DNA of 64,000 bases, from contig NW_025964112.1 in NCBI RefSeq assembly GCF_023055435.1, positions 63,984,001-64,048,000 of the forward strand, written 5' to 3'. The first letter of the stretch is position 1. Each line of letters begins with the position of its first letter. Shown piece after piece: positions 21,940 through 42,500 of the stretch. This DNA is from Haliotis rufescens (lineage: Eukaryota). Under the pieces are notes generated by a model. It was not told where the DNA came from, searched no databases, and saw only the letters and a program-made list of their open reading frames with translations. A program made the translations under genes and the position numbers.

Positions 21940-24900
21940 ATGTGTCATGCAGAAATGCTAACATACACTTGACTCCTGTGTCATGCAGGAGAGGCTGACA
22001 TACCCTAGACACCTGTGTCATGCAGGAGAGGCTGACATACCCTAGACACCTGTGTCATGCAGGAGAGGCTGACATACCCTAGACACCTGTGTCATGCAGG
22101 AGAGGTTAGACACCTGTGTCATGCAGGAGAGGCTGACATATGCTAGACACCTATGCCATGTAGAAGAGGCTGACATTCCCTTTACACCTATGTCATGCAG
22201 GAGAGAATGACATACCCTAGACACCTTTGTCATGCAGGAGAGGCTGACATACCCTATACACCTATGTCATGCAGGAGAGGCTGACATACCCTAGACACCT
22301 ATGTCATGCAGGAGAGGCTGACATAACCTAGACACCTGTGTCATGTAGGAGAGGCTGACATACCCTAGACACATATGTCATGTAGGAGAGACTGACATAC
22401 CCTAGACACCTGTGTCATGCAGGAGAGGCTGACATACCCTAGACACCTGTGTCATGCAGGAGAGGTTAGACACCTATGTCATGCAGGAGAGACTGACATA
22501 CCCTAGACACCTATGTCATGCAGGAGAGGCTGACATACCCTATACACCTATGTCATGCAGGAGAGGCTGACATACCCTAGACACCTATGTCATGCAGGAG
22601 AGGCTGACATAACCTAGACACCTGTGTCATGTAGGAGAGGCTGACATACCCTAGACACATATGTCATGTAGGAGAGGCTGACATACCCTAGACACCTGTG
22701 TCATGCAGGAGAGGCTGACATACCCTAGACACCTATGCCATGTAGGAGAGGCTGACATACACCAGACACCTATGTCATGCAGGAGAGGCTGACATACCCT
22801 AGACACCTATGTCATGCAGGAGAGGCTGACATACCCTAGACACCTATGTCATGCAGGAGAGGCTGACATACCCTATACACCTATGTCATGCAGGAGAGGC
22901 TGACATACCCTATACACCTATGTCATGCAGGAGAGGCTGACATACCCTAGACACATATGCCATGTAGGAGAGGCTGACATACACCAGACACCTATGTCAT
23001 GCAGGAGAGGCTGACATACCCTATACACCTATGTCATGTAGGAGAGGCTGACATACCCTAGACACCTATGCCATGTAGGAGAGGCTGACATACCCTATAC
23101 ACCTATGTCATGCAGGAGAGGCTGACATACCCTAGACACCTATGCCATGTAGGAGAGGCTGACATACCCTAGACACCTATGTCATGCAGGAGAGGCTGAC
23201 ATACCCTAGACACCTATGCCATGTAGGAGAGGCTGACATACCCTATACACCTATGTCATGCAGGAGAGGCTGACATACCCTAGACACCTATGCCATGTAG
23301 GAGAGGCTGACATACCCTATACACCTATGTCATGCAGGAGAGGCTGACATACCCCATACACCTATGTCATGCAGGAGAGGCGGACATACCCTATACACCT
23401 ATGTCATGCAGGAGAGGCTGACATACCCTAGACACATATGCCATGTAGGAGAGGCTGACATACCCTAGACACCTATGCCATGCAGGAGAGGCTGACATAC
23501 CCTAGACACCCATGTCATGCAGGAGAGGCTGACATACCCTAGACACCTATGTCATGCAGGAGAGGCTGACATACTCTAGACACCTATGCCATGTAGGAGA
23601 GGCTGACATACCCTATACACCTATGTCATGCAGGAGAGGCTGACATACCCTAGACACCTATGCCATGTAGGAGAGGCTGACATACCCTATACACCTATGT
23701 CATGCAGGAGAGGCTGACATACCCTAGACACCTATGCCATGTAGGAGAGGCTGACATACCCTAGACACCTATGCCATGTAGGAGAGGCTGACATACCCTA
23801 TACACCTATGTCATGCAGGAGAGGCTGACATACCCCATACACCTATGTCATGCAGGAGAGGCTGACATACCCTATACACCTATGTCATGCAGGAGAGGCT
23901 GACATACCCTAGACACATATGCCATGTAGGAGAGGCTGACATACCCTATACACCTATGTCATGCAGGAGAGGCTGACATACCCCATACACCTATGTCATG
24001 CAGGAGAGGCTGACATACCCTAGACACATATGCCATGTAGGAGAGGCTGACATACCCTATACACATGTGTCATGTAGGAGAGGCTGACATACCCTATACA
24101 CCTATGTCATGCAGGAGAGGCTGACATACCCTTGACACCTATGTCATGCAGGAGAGGCTGACATACCCTAGACACCTATGTCATGCAGGAGAGTCTGACA
24201 TACCCTAGACACCTATGCCATGTAGGAGAGGCTGACATACCCTATACACCTATGTCATGCAGGAGAGGCTGACATACCCTAGACACCTATGTCATGCAGG
24301 AGAGGCTGACATACCCTAGACACCTGTGTCATGCAGGAGAGGCTTACATACCCTATACACATGTGTCATGCAGGAGAGTCTGACATACCCTAGACACCTA
24401 TGCCATGTAGGAGAGGCTGACATACCCTATATACACCTGTGTCATGCAGGAGAGACTGACATACCCTATACACCTATGTCATGCAGGAGAGGCTGACATA
24501 CCCTATACACCTATGTCATGCAGGAGAGGCTTACATACCCTAGACACCTATGCCATGTAGGAGAGGCTGACATACCCTATATACACCTGTGTCATGCAGG
24601 AGAGGCTGACATACACCAGATACCTATGTCATGTAGGAGGGGCTGACATACACCAGACACCTATGTCATGCAGGAGAGGTTAGACACCTGTGTCATGCAG
24701 GAGAGGCTGACATACCCTATACACCTATGTCATGTAGGAGAGGCTGACATACCCTATACACCTATGTCATGCAGGAGAGGCTTACATACCCTAGACACCT
24801 ATGCCATGTAGGAGAGGCTGACATACCCTATATACACCTGTGTCATGTAGGAGAGGCTGACATACACCAGATACCTATGTCATGTAGGAGGGGCTGACAT

Positions 24901-26592
24901 ACACCAGACACCTATGTCATGCAGGAGAGGTTAGACACCTGTGTCATGCAGGAGAGGCTGACATACCCTAGACACCTGTGTCATGTAGGAGAGGGGGCTG
25001 ACATACCCTAGACACCTATGTCATGCAGGAGAGGCTGACATACCCTATACACCTATGTCATGCAGGAGAGACTGACATACCCTATACACCTATGTCATGC
25101 AGGAGAGGCTGACATACCCTATACACCTATGCCATGTAGGAGAGGCTGACATACTCTAGACACCTATGTCATGCAGGAGAGGCTGACATACCCTATATAC
25201 ACCTATGTCATGTAGGAGAGGCTGACATACCCTAGACACCTATGTCATGCAGGAGAGGCTGACATACCCTAGACACCTATGTCATGCAGGAGAGACTGAC
25301 ATACCCTATACACCTATGCCATGTAGGAGAGGCTGACATACCCTAGACACCTATGTCATGTAGGAGAGGCTGACATACCCTAGACACCTATGCCATGTAG
25401 GAGAGGCTGACATACCCTATACACCTATGTCATGCAGGAGAGACTGACATACCCTATACACCTATGCCATGTAGGAGAGGCTGACATACTCTAGACACCT
25501 ATGTCATGCAGGAGAGGCTGACATACCCTATATACACCTATGTCATGTAGGAGAGGCTGACATACCCTAGACACCTATGCCATGTAGGAGAGGCTGACAT
25601 ACACCAGACACCTATGTCATGCAGGAGAGGCTGACATACCCTATACACCTATGCCATGTAGGAGAGGCTGGCATACACCAGACACCTATGTCATGCAGGA
25701 GAGAATTACATACCCTATACACCTATGTCATGCAGGAGAGGCTGACATACACCAGACACCTATGTCATGCAGGAGAGGCTGACATACCCTATACACCTGT
25801 GTCATGTAGGAGAGGCTGGCATACACCAGACACCTATGTCATGCAGGAGAGAATTACATACCCTATACACCTATGTCATGCAGGAGAGGCTGACATACAC
25901 CAGACACCTATGTCATGCAGGAGAGGCTGACATACACCAGACACATATGTCATGTAGGAGAGGCTGACATACCCTAGACACCTATGTCATGCAGGAGAGG
26001 CTGACATACTCTAGACACCTATGTCATGCAGGAGAGGCTGACATACCCTATACACCTATGTCATGCAGGAGAGGCTGACATACCCTATATACACCTGTGT
26101 CATGTAGGAGAGGCTGACATACCCTATATACACCTGTGTCATGTAGGAGAGGCTGACATACACCAGACACCTATGTCATGCAGGAGAGGCTGACATACAC
26201 CAGACACCTATGTCATGTAGGAGAGGCTGACATACCCTAGACACCTATTTCATGCAGGAGAGACTGACATACCCTATACACCTATGTCATGCAGGAGAGG
26301 CTGACATACCCTATACACCTATGCCATGTAGGAGAGGCTGACATACCCTATACACCTATGTCATGCAGGAGAGGCTGACATACCCTATACACCTGTGTCA
26401 TGTAGGAGAGGCTTACATACCCTAGACACCTATGTCATGCAGGAGAGACTGACATACCCTAGACACCTATTTCATGCAGGAGAGACTGACATACCCTAGA
26501 CACCTATTTCATGCAGGAGAGACTGACATACCCTAGACACCTATTTCATGCAGGAGAGACTGACATACCCTATACACCTATGTCATGCAGGA
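21940..26592. repeat. 37-bp satellite array, about 4.6 kb (about 125 copies)
   Basis: Unit gtcatgcaggagaggctgacataccctagacacctat, with 27- and 39-bp variants and higher-order duplications. Confidence 0.98.
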
Positions 26593-26949
26593 GGGTTGTG
26601 TGTGAAGGTATATCCGTGTTGTCTGGGCGCACGGTTAAACTGTAAGGTGTCTGCAAAGAAAGGTGGGATCATCCCCGCGGCACATCCCTCTGGATCATCC
26701 AATACATGTAATTATCAACAGCAACGTTACGAATACAAATACATTGAAGATTGTCGTGCCTTTTCTTTCTGATGATCGCAAGAGGGTATTTTCCTTTTAT
26801 AATAAGGCCATTCCCGTTCTAACGTACACACTAGAAGGTTTTTTCATATACAATATCTTATATTTGCTGACAGTTATCATTTTACTCCTTCGTCATATAC
26901 TGTATTGTTTACTGCATACGTGTAGGGAATGGTTGACTACTTGTGGTAT

Positions 26950-27301
26950 CGTCGGCGTGAAAACGTGTCAATGTTTACTAAATCTAATGTTTATCGTCTG
27001 CTCACGCGGGAAACCACCAACTCCACCCTGACTCATGTGTCTTGGCCAATCAAAACAAAGCAATTGTAGCTTAACTCCTCCTGTTGACCCCGTTCAACTT
27101 TCTTCGACCTTTGAACTAGCGTAAACCAACCAATCAAAGAAGTGAACATGCGTCTCCTCACCGAATCGCGCGGGAAATGGAACATTTGCCACACAGAAAC
27201 AACAACAGAGTATAAGTTATCATCGAGGCCATAAATGGGTCTTAATCGGAAATAATTTGAAGAAAGTGTTATTGACAGTACTCAGAACACATATTTAGAC
27301 G
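26950..27301 (+). promoter_or_regulatory. CDK2 promoter with two E2F sites and two CCAAT boxes
   Basis: CGCGGGAAA at 27005-27013 and 27169-27177; CCAAT at 27046-27050 and 27130-27134; CHR-like TTTGAA at 27110. Confidence 0.7.
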
Positions 27302-34478
<7,177 letters not shown>

Positions 34479-35174
34479 AAAAAATCCATTACAGAACAAA
34501 TGTTTTACTAAAAAGTCTTCATATTGCATGCAAAGCTGTATGTATAGTCAACTGAGATATTGTCAATGAATAATGTTTATATATGGCTAATAATGACTTG
34601 ATCACAAGTGTCAAGACTTTTGAAAAGTCCTGTATGCTGATAAAGTGCATTCTTGTGTTTATGTATATGTCCATATACCGGTATGCTATGTGGCTTTATT
34701 TATTTTACAACTATTGGATATGTATGTAAGTTGGGGAATTATGCTTTTGCAGTTTGTGGTTATGGGGGAAATGGGTGGGTTGTGCTGGCATTTCCTTGCA
34801 AGATTCTCTGTCTTTTCATTCTTTTTGGGGGCTGAAATGCTACACCGAATGGACAGTAGTATGTGTATGGTGGTGCTTTCTTTACAAAACACTTTCAAAG
34901 TAAACCATATCATCCTTATTTCTTCGAACATGTGACTTTTTGTGAATATTGGCGTCCAGTATGCACAATTTTTCTTTTCTGGCAGTTTATGTTTATGTTT
35001 AATTTTTATCAGGTCACATACATACCCCCCCACTGCCCTCCCTAGAGTCCCCATTTGCATTGTTCAGTGTATGACAACATATTCAAGGATGATTTCTCTG
35101 TAAGACTCGTAAGATTCCTTACATTGGTCATCTCAATGAAGTCATAGATGTTTGCCATGAGACATGGACTGCAG

Positions 35175-35864
35175 CATCTTCCCGAGGCAAGGTAGTTAAC
35201 TGACTAAAAGTCCAGTTTCACCCTTGCTGAACTGGGCTGGAATTTCTGGGCTCGATTGTAGCGCCACCAGTGGCAGTTTAAGAGTTATGTCCCTTCTGTG
35301 TCCCTCCTATTGACCAGTCCACCTCTCATATCACCTGCATTCGCTTCAAACAAAATGCCGGGGCCCAGTCAAGATGGTTGGATTGATAATCAAAGTCTAC
35401 AGGTCTTACATCGCAAAGTGCTTCAAATCATATGAGCACCTTGATTAAAAACATGAAAAGATTTAAAAAACATCTGTTGACACCGAGTTGGCAGGGGTAG
35501 AAACTAACATTTTTAGTCCACTAGTCCTTATAATGATAACATATAGCAAAACCCTTATTAATGGCAACTTGCTACTAGTCCTTATGATACCTTAACTATT
35601 GGGCAGTTTGGCAAGGACTACAGGACTAGTGCCAGTTTCTATCGCTGGTTGGCGATACACATGCTTTACAAATCCTGCAATTGACCGAAATCTGCACAGC
35701 AGTTTACGAACCGAATGTTAATTTTGTTACGAGATTTTTATTGGACTATGCATAGATTCATTAGTCCAGCCTAACTATAACTCCATAATTCCAGCCTAGT
35801 TTGGCAAGGGTATGAAACTGGACTTTTATAGTCTGTCAGGTAACTCCTTTGCCTCGGGAAGATG
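35175..35864. mobile_element. MITE family A carrying a nested 156-bp MITE (35492-35647)
   Basis: TIRs as at 28460; TSD ggactgcag / ggactgctg; nested element caggggtagaaact / agtttctatcgctg with 5-bp duplication gttgg. Confidence 0.88.
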
Positions 35865-36157
35865 GGACTGCTGTGATTTGTTCTCTTTCAGAATCTGGTG
35901 TATTCATTAATATTTTATTACAGAAAAACTGTGAGTAGATGTCAAAGAAATTTTTCAGTCATCTTTTAGTGCTATTCATTTTGCAAAGAGAACTCTGGTG
36001 TATGTTATAATTTGATAATTGATGTCAAACTTCAGTTTGTTGCTACTCTGTATCAGCCGATGAGTCATGTTAGTTGAGCTTGTTGAATCTTGGTCTCACA
36101 GGAGAGGAATTGCATATTTTTTAGATACGACTGTACACTATTTATGGAGGCTGAGAA

Positions 36158-36598
36158 ACAACAAGCTCTGCTGTGGATGGAGAGTTGTAGCATGTTCATG
36201 TTGTACAACAAGCTCTGCTGTGTGGATGGAGAGTTGTAGCATGTTCATGTTGTGCAACAAGCTCTGCTGTGGATGGAGAGTTGTAGCATGTTCATGTTGT
36301 GCAACAAGCTCTGCTGTGTGGATGGAGAGTTGTGGCATGTTCATGTTGTGCAACAAGCTCTGCTGTGTGGATGGAGAGTTGTAGCAAGTACATGTTGTGC
36401 AACAAGCTCTGCTGTTTGGATGGAGAGTTGTAGCATGTTCATGTTGTGCAACAAGCTCTGCTGTGTGGATGGAGAGTTGTGGCATGTTCATGTTGTGCAA
36501 CAAGCTCTGCTGTGTGGATGGAGAGTTGTGGCATGTTCATGTTGTGCAACAAGCTCTGCTGTGTGGATGGAGAGTTGTGGCATGTTCATGTTGTGCAA
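36158..36598. repeat. 47-49-bp minisatellite (about 9 copies), downstream of the CDK2 stop
   Basis: Unit acaagctctgctgtgtggatggagagttgtagcatgttcatgttgtgca. Confidence 0.95.
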
Positions 36599-38162
36599 TA
36601 CATTATGTTGTAGGAGGTGCTGACTTGAGATTTACGCTAGTGTTGCATTGTAATACACAAGGTATTCGACTCACCTATTAGTTACCACTGCACTACAGAT
36701 TGATGTATGACACTAGGGCAGAGAGCAATCTCAATGGGAGTTGTGTCAGTCGTAACTGTACCATGGAAAGTCAGTCAGCACCTCAAAGTAAGCTGCCATG
36801 TTGTGTGTTTTTTACTAATGTGGGTCAAGTTGTTTTAGGATTCTTTCTCCATTTGTCAGCCGGACATGTGAAACCGTTTTCTGTAGCTGTACTGATTGAA
36901 CATCTGAATGATTGTTTCTGATAATTTGATTTTGTGAAAAGGAAATCCAGAGGTGTTCTGTTTGATGGGGGGCAGGCCAGCCACAATGCAGTTATTCTGT
37001 ATGCAATTGGAAGAAGGGATTCACATGTTATGGATTTGAAACTATGTATTGCAATGTATTTTTAGCATACCAGTATTTAGTGGATTGTGTTTTCGTTTGC
37101 TCTTTTTTGTTGGTTGCAAAATAGGCTTCTGTGTTTTAATACTCCTACTATTTTCATTATGGTAACATCAGTGTGTGTTATCTCTTTCGACTGGTTTCAT
37201 TCAAATCAATTTCTCTAACTTTATTTCAGTATCCATATGGCAGTTAGGGAGAGATGATATTTCTAACTGAACCTAAGCATACAGTTATTATTGTCTGGCC
37301 ATGCAGACAGTATAAATAATATACTTCAGTAATTTGATATCCTATTGAGCGTAATCATAAGTGCTAATTATAATGCTAATCATTGTAATTAATAAGAACA
37401 ACTAATTATTAGTTATTGGTGCAAATGGCAGGTGTAGCTGTTTTGCAGGTACTGTTTTATGTATATATACATTTTATGCCTAGTCCTATGGAAGAGTTTC
37501 TTCCCTGCATGGTTGTATTTTAGGTTCTGATTTACTTGTTTTAACATGTTTTTGTCAGGCTCATCATGTAGAAATTATTGTAAATGGTGAGAATAAAAAG
37601 ATTGCTTCTTGATAGATTTAATGATGCATCTCTGGGTTTTCTTACACACAGTTGTAGCGAAGCAACTATAGTAAGTTTGTGTTAAAGTATTGAAGTGCGG
37701 ATAGTCACAGGATAGTGGTAGTGCTACTATTGCTTTGTGAAAGTGGACCCATTTAGTGTGTCTTCAAATGAGAAGAAGATTATGGATTCATTTGATTGTT
37801 TGTAACCACTATGTGTTTGTGATTGATGATTTAAAGCTGGTTTTAAAAAAAATAAGATTTATTTGTAGATATTCCTTTTTTTTTCCCTAATGGAAATTTC
37901 CCAGTAACGATACTTGCAATAAGAGCATCCCACAATGCTGTAAGAGTGTTGCCTTGGTTAACAGCCATACATGCATGTCTGATCCAGCCTGGTGTACAAC
38001 ATTTGAAGGGAGTTCTCTATTTGAACCTGTTATTTGATGACATTTTAATTGTTCTTTCAAGTACACTGTTGCCAGCTAGGCTGAGGAGTGATCAGTATGT
38101 AAATTATTGATTTTATTCATGTTACATTTAATCCTTACCTGTAGATTCAGGAAATTTAATTA

Positions 38163-38215
38163 TTTTAATAAATATTGTGCAAACTAAAAGTTTTTGTTGT
38201 GTTTATTTGTGTTGT
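38163..38215 (+). terminator. Candidate distal CDK2 polyadenylation signal
   Basis: AATAAA 38167-38172 followed by GT-rich tract 38191-38215; proximal alternative AATAAA 37592-37597. Confidence 0.5.
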
Positions 38216-38873
38216 ATAGCCTAGCCAGGGTGATCCATGTCAAAGAGAGGTGTAAGGTGTACTTTAGCCCACCGTATTATCACTAGTGAGTGAGTTGGGT
38301 TTAACTTTTAACAGTATTCCAGTGAGTTATACCATGGCTTGTCAGCTTGAAATGGGTTTAAGCCTGAAGTGATGCGTCTGAGACGTTTACCGCTTTGGTG
38401 GTGAAATTCAGGAGTTCGAAATTCGAACCCACAATAACAGGTTTCCGGCGTGCTCAAGGCAGGCAACACTGCATAGCGAATTGCAGTGCTTTAGACTACT
38501 GGGCCATCTGTGCCCCCATTATCATTAGTAAATTAGGCGTATCTAAGTGTACATGTTGGTTGTTTGATGCCTTACTCGGCAATATTCCACCTATCAGTAT
38601 ATGAGGGCAGTCTCTGTATAATTGAGTATATTACCCATATTGGTAGAATGATCATGAGTAATAACTTTCTCTCTTAAAATGATTAGGAGTAATATATAGA
38701 ATAACGTACCTGAAACTCGGAAGTACCAATTACATGTCCCTCATGAGTGTATGCTGTAAGTCCCTTGCCAAAGGCTCTGAATGACAGTTCATTCATTCCC
38801 TTTGGACACAGATTCACGGTAATTCCTTGTAGCTCGTTGGTTATGACCAGACGATCCAGTGACTGCTATTATG

Positions 38874-39134
38874 TGTTTGTTGTTTAACGCCGCACTCAGC
38901 AATATTCCAGCTATATGCCGGCGGTCTGTAGACAATGAAGTCTGGATCAGACAATCCAGTGATTGACATCATGAGCATCGATCCACGCAAGTGGGACACG
39001 ATGACATGCATCAAACCAAGTCAGTGAGCCTGACCACCCGATCCGGTTAGTCGCCTCTTACAACAAGCAGAATCGCCTCTTATGGCACGCATGGGCAGCT
39101 GAACATCTATTCTCTACCCGGAGCTTCACGGGTT
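38874..39134 (-). mobile_element. S2 retroposon (full length)
   Basis: Reverse-oriented S2; TSD tgctattatg. Confidence 0.88.
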
Positions 39135-39554
39135 TGCTATTATGAGAAACGATCCACGCCACCAGGATACATTGTGACGCCATCAACTAGTCTCGAGCCT
39201 CACCACCTGATCATGATATATGTGTCATAACCAACACAAAACTAGGAACTCTTGTCACTGGAAGGAAACATGTGAGTGCGACATGACTTTCAACTTGTAC
39301 GACAGAGGCAAAGAGTACGATATGTCCCGACTTTCAACAGCTTGGGTCAATAATATTTATAGGTCTATCTATCTTTATGCTGCGTAACTGAAACACTGTT
39401 TTGCGAAAGCGCATTTATTCCTAAATTCAAAGGTGTACATGGGTATGTATTTATAATTACAAAGACATACGTATATTATAAGACTACTGTTTATTGCAAG
39501 TTTGATAACCACGTAACCAGGTATGAATTCATGGAAACTGCTCTAAAGATAGTG

Positions 39555-42500
39555 TTATGCATGGGAATTGTTGCAATCTCGTTCATCGGCAGCCTCTGTC
39601 ATTCTCAGCGTGTCCGTCATGGACTGGGACGTCTTGTCGGCCTTACGGCGTTGTTTCTTGTTGGCCCTCCGCTGCCGCTTCATTTTCTGCTCATCTTCAA
39701 ACTGAGAAAGACAACACGTCACAAGCTACACAGTGTTTGATCCATTAATGTACTCAAAAAAATGACCCTCCCCTAATGGTTATATTCTCGGATAACCCTC
39801 CCTATATCCTTGCACATTTTTTAACGACCCTCTCTGAAAAGACAAAATGCAAAAGCACTCTATATAGTATTGTATAATGTACATTTATTCATGACCCTCC
39901 CCAAATATGTGTATTATTGTTTATGATCCTGCTCTAGTGACGGTCATATTTTTGGTTACCCTCCCCTGATTCCCTTTGACCCATCCGCCCCTATATTAAA
40001 TGCCCGGTCCCTAACTCGAAGTCGTCTTAAGACAAGCGGGGTTTCCATATTTGGCCTCAAATACTGATCTCAATCTTATTAAAATCAGATCTTAGTTCTC
40101 GCTATCGCTAAACAAAGATCTGAGGACTTCCCATTACGGGTCACGTCAGACCGACCCTTCATCCAACCAATCAGCGTCGCTTACCAGATCATTAAAGTGA
40201 CGGACGGAATGTGTTTTCTAATCTTGCAACCTCGAAATATTCAACAGAGGGTATTCCGAACGACAGTTACGGGTTTTATGATTATATCCATACAATCTAG
40301 GCCATCTGTAGACCATTCCAAAATGTTCTTTTTTCAGTTTTAATTTTTTTAACCGACAATACGTCAAAATATGTTTCGAAGCGTAGTCGCCAGTTTGAAA
40401 TTACTGTAGTGTCGTCATGCTCGAGAAAGCTGCCTTCTGATTGGCTAATGTCGATTTCTTGTCAGTCATTTCATTGATCAGTCAAAGTTCGCGAGAGGTC
40501 GTTCTGACGTGACCCGTAATGGGATGTCCTCAGATCTTTGTTTAGCGGTAATATCTGATTTTAATGAGATTGATACTGATCTGTGACTGTACTTTAAAGG
40601 TACAATGTCTTACGTTATATATTATATAATATCGTGTTATCGAGGTCTGCTTGTATATTTATAACAAGACAAGTCAAGAACATACCCTTTTCTCCAGCAG
40701 GTCGTATTTTAACCGCAACTCGAAGATCTCTTCTTCCTTGAGCTCGATGATATTCTCCAGTTGCTTGGATTTCTCTGGAAGCAAAAACTCAGCTGGTTAA
40801 TACAGAAGATACACCGTATGAACACTTCCACCAATAACACTTTGACGGACACTGTCTCGTTAAAACATAATGAGACCCACTGTCTTCATTTCTGTTCTAA
40901 GAATGTCCAAACCATTCTCACATTATCAATCCTGAAGGTCTGGTAGATCTGTATTTCTGCATGAAAACATTTAAATTAAAGTATTTCACGAACGATCCGT
41001 CAATTCGTACCGTGCCAGAAGTAGCAATCCTTCAGAGCGTTGACCTTTAGCTTGTCGTAGCGTCGGAACTCGTAGTCGAAATATTGGTGCATGTTGCGTG
41101 CCCGGGACTCCACTTCCGCCATCACTGTCGACCTGGTCACATGATCAGAAAAAAAGAAGTTCCAAATCGCCATGCAGTGATAACTTGTGGGCTTTGTCAA
41201 GAATTTACTTTACCGGTGCATGCTACATTTATGCGTTGCAGGTCTACTCGTGTATTTTTTTAACCCTCAGGAAAAGAATTTATAAAGAGTTCTTCATGGG
41301 GATCTGAGCTGGTTTTATCCCCTGCACATTATGTTGGATGCTAAGGGACGTGTCTCCCCTTCTCGGATATCCTTCTTATCGGAACATGAGGCTAGCGATG
41401 TGCTTTGGATATGGATTTATCAAAGAAAACCTAAACCTAAAGCAATTCCATTTCAATGGGATTTTCATTCGGGGTTACATTTGCCCTTCCGAGAATACTT
41501 CCATCTTAGAATTGCATCTTAATAAAAAATGTGATGAAAATTATAATTGTCACTTTTTAGGTGAGGTGAAATGGGGTTTAACGCCGCGTCCAAGATCATT
41601 GCACTTACATCGCGACGTGCATATAGATGCCATGCCGCAGCTTAACATGAATACCCCACTCAGACACAGTATACTCCGACTCGGGGCCGACCAGTCTTTG
41701 CTGTAGCCCCTTAATGCTGAGCGTCACACAGGGTTACAGCAAGTACCATCTTTTAACGTCTTTTGGTATGAGGCGGACGGGTATCGAACCCCAGAAGGCC
41801 CGCTCTGCCACTACACCACGGAGGCGGTCCTGTCACTTTTTAGCTCAAAGGGGCATGGGTATTGACGATTGTCGTCTCAAAAAGGATTGGTATTATTCTA
41901 CTTGGTAAAAGTTCGCAGCTGTACATGATCATCTGTACCTGTACATATCCTGTGACATACAGATTAAGACTTGTCCATTAGAAGCACATCCTTTGACTGT
42001 TCCGGCTGGAAGTTGAAGTCCATGAGGGCCGATTTCCTCTCCGGAAGGCTTACTCTCCTTCTTCCCATCCGACCTTCTCCTATTCTTCTTCTTCTTCCTC
42101 CCCTGCTTGTCCGATGCCGATTTCGTCAGCGGTTTGTCTTTGTATTTTGGTTCTTCTCTGATGCCATCATATGGATCACCTGAGTTAGGAGAAAACAGAT
42201 CTTAAACAATTAATGCGGTTATGTTAATCTCTGGTCTCGGTCACAGAATGTATTTGTTCAATAGTCTGATCTGAAGGAGAAAAAAACCGCCTTCGCATAT
42301 AATCTCTTTTCATGGCAAGAAGGCAGTATACCTTTCCCCTTCAGGCCGCCATGTTGGTAAGGGATGTGCCCGAGTTTATTCCATAGTAACTGTTTCTAAG
42401 TTTTTCAGAAGCCATTTTTGTCGCCACGCTAAAATAACGGGGTTTGGGGTCTTGTCACTGATGAGGTTGTCGAACGCCACTTTGGAACTTCTATTTCCGA

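Noticed and set aside
21940-26592. CRISPR-like appearance of 36-37-bp repeats (also 51319-52320)
   Set aside because: Units are head-to-tail with no unique spacers, no cas genes, and the context is eukaryotic
36067-36681. Cys/Met-rich ORFs resembling metallothionein
   Set aside because: Translations of the 47-49-bp minisatellite in rotating frames
40922-40956. Extra exon candidate in the 314-aa gene
   Set aside because: Would need a 54-nt intron and breaks phase; 41011 joins 40774 cleanly without it
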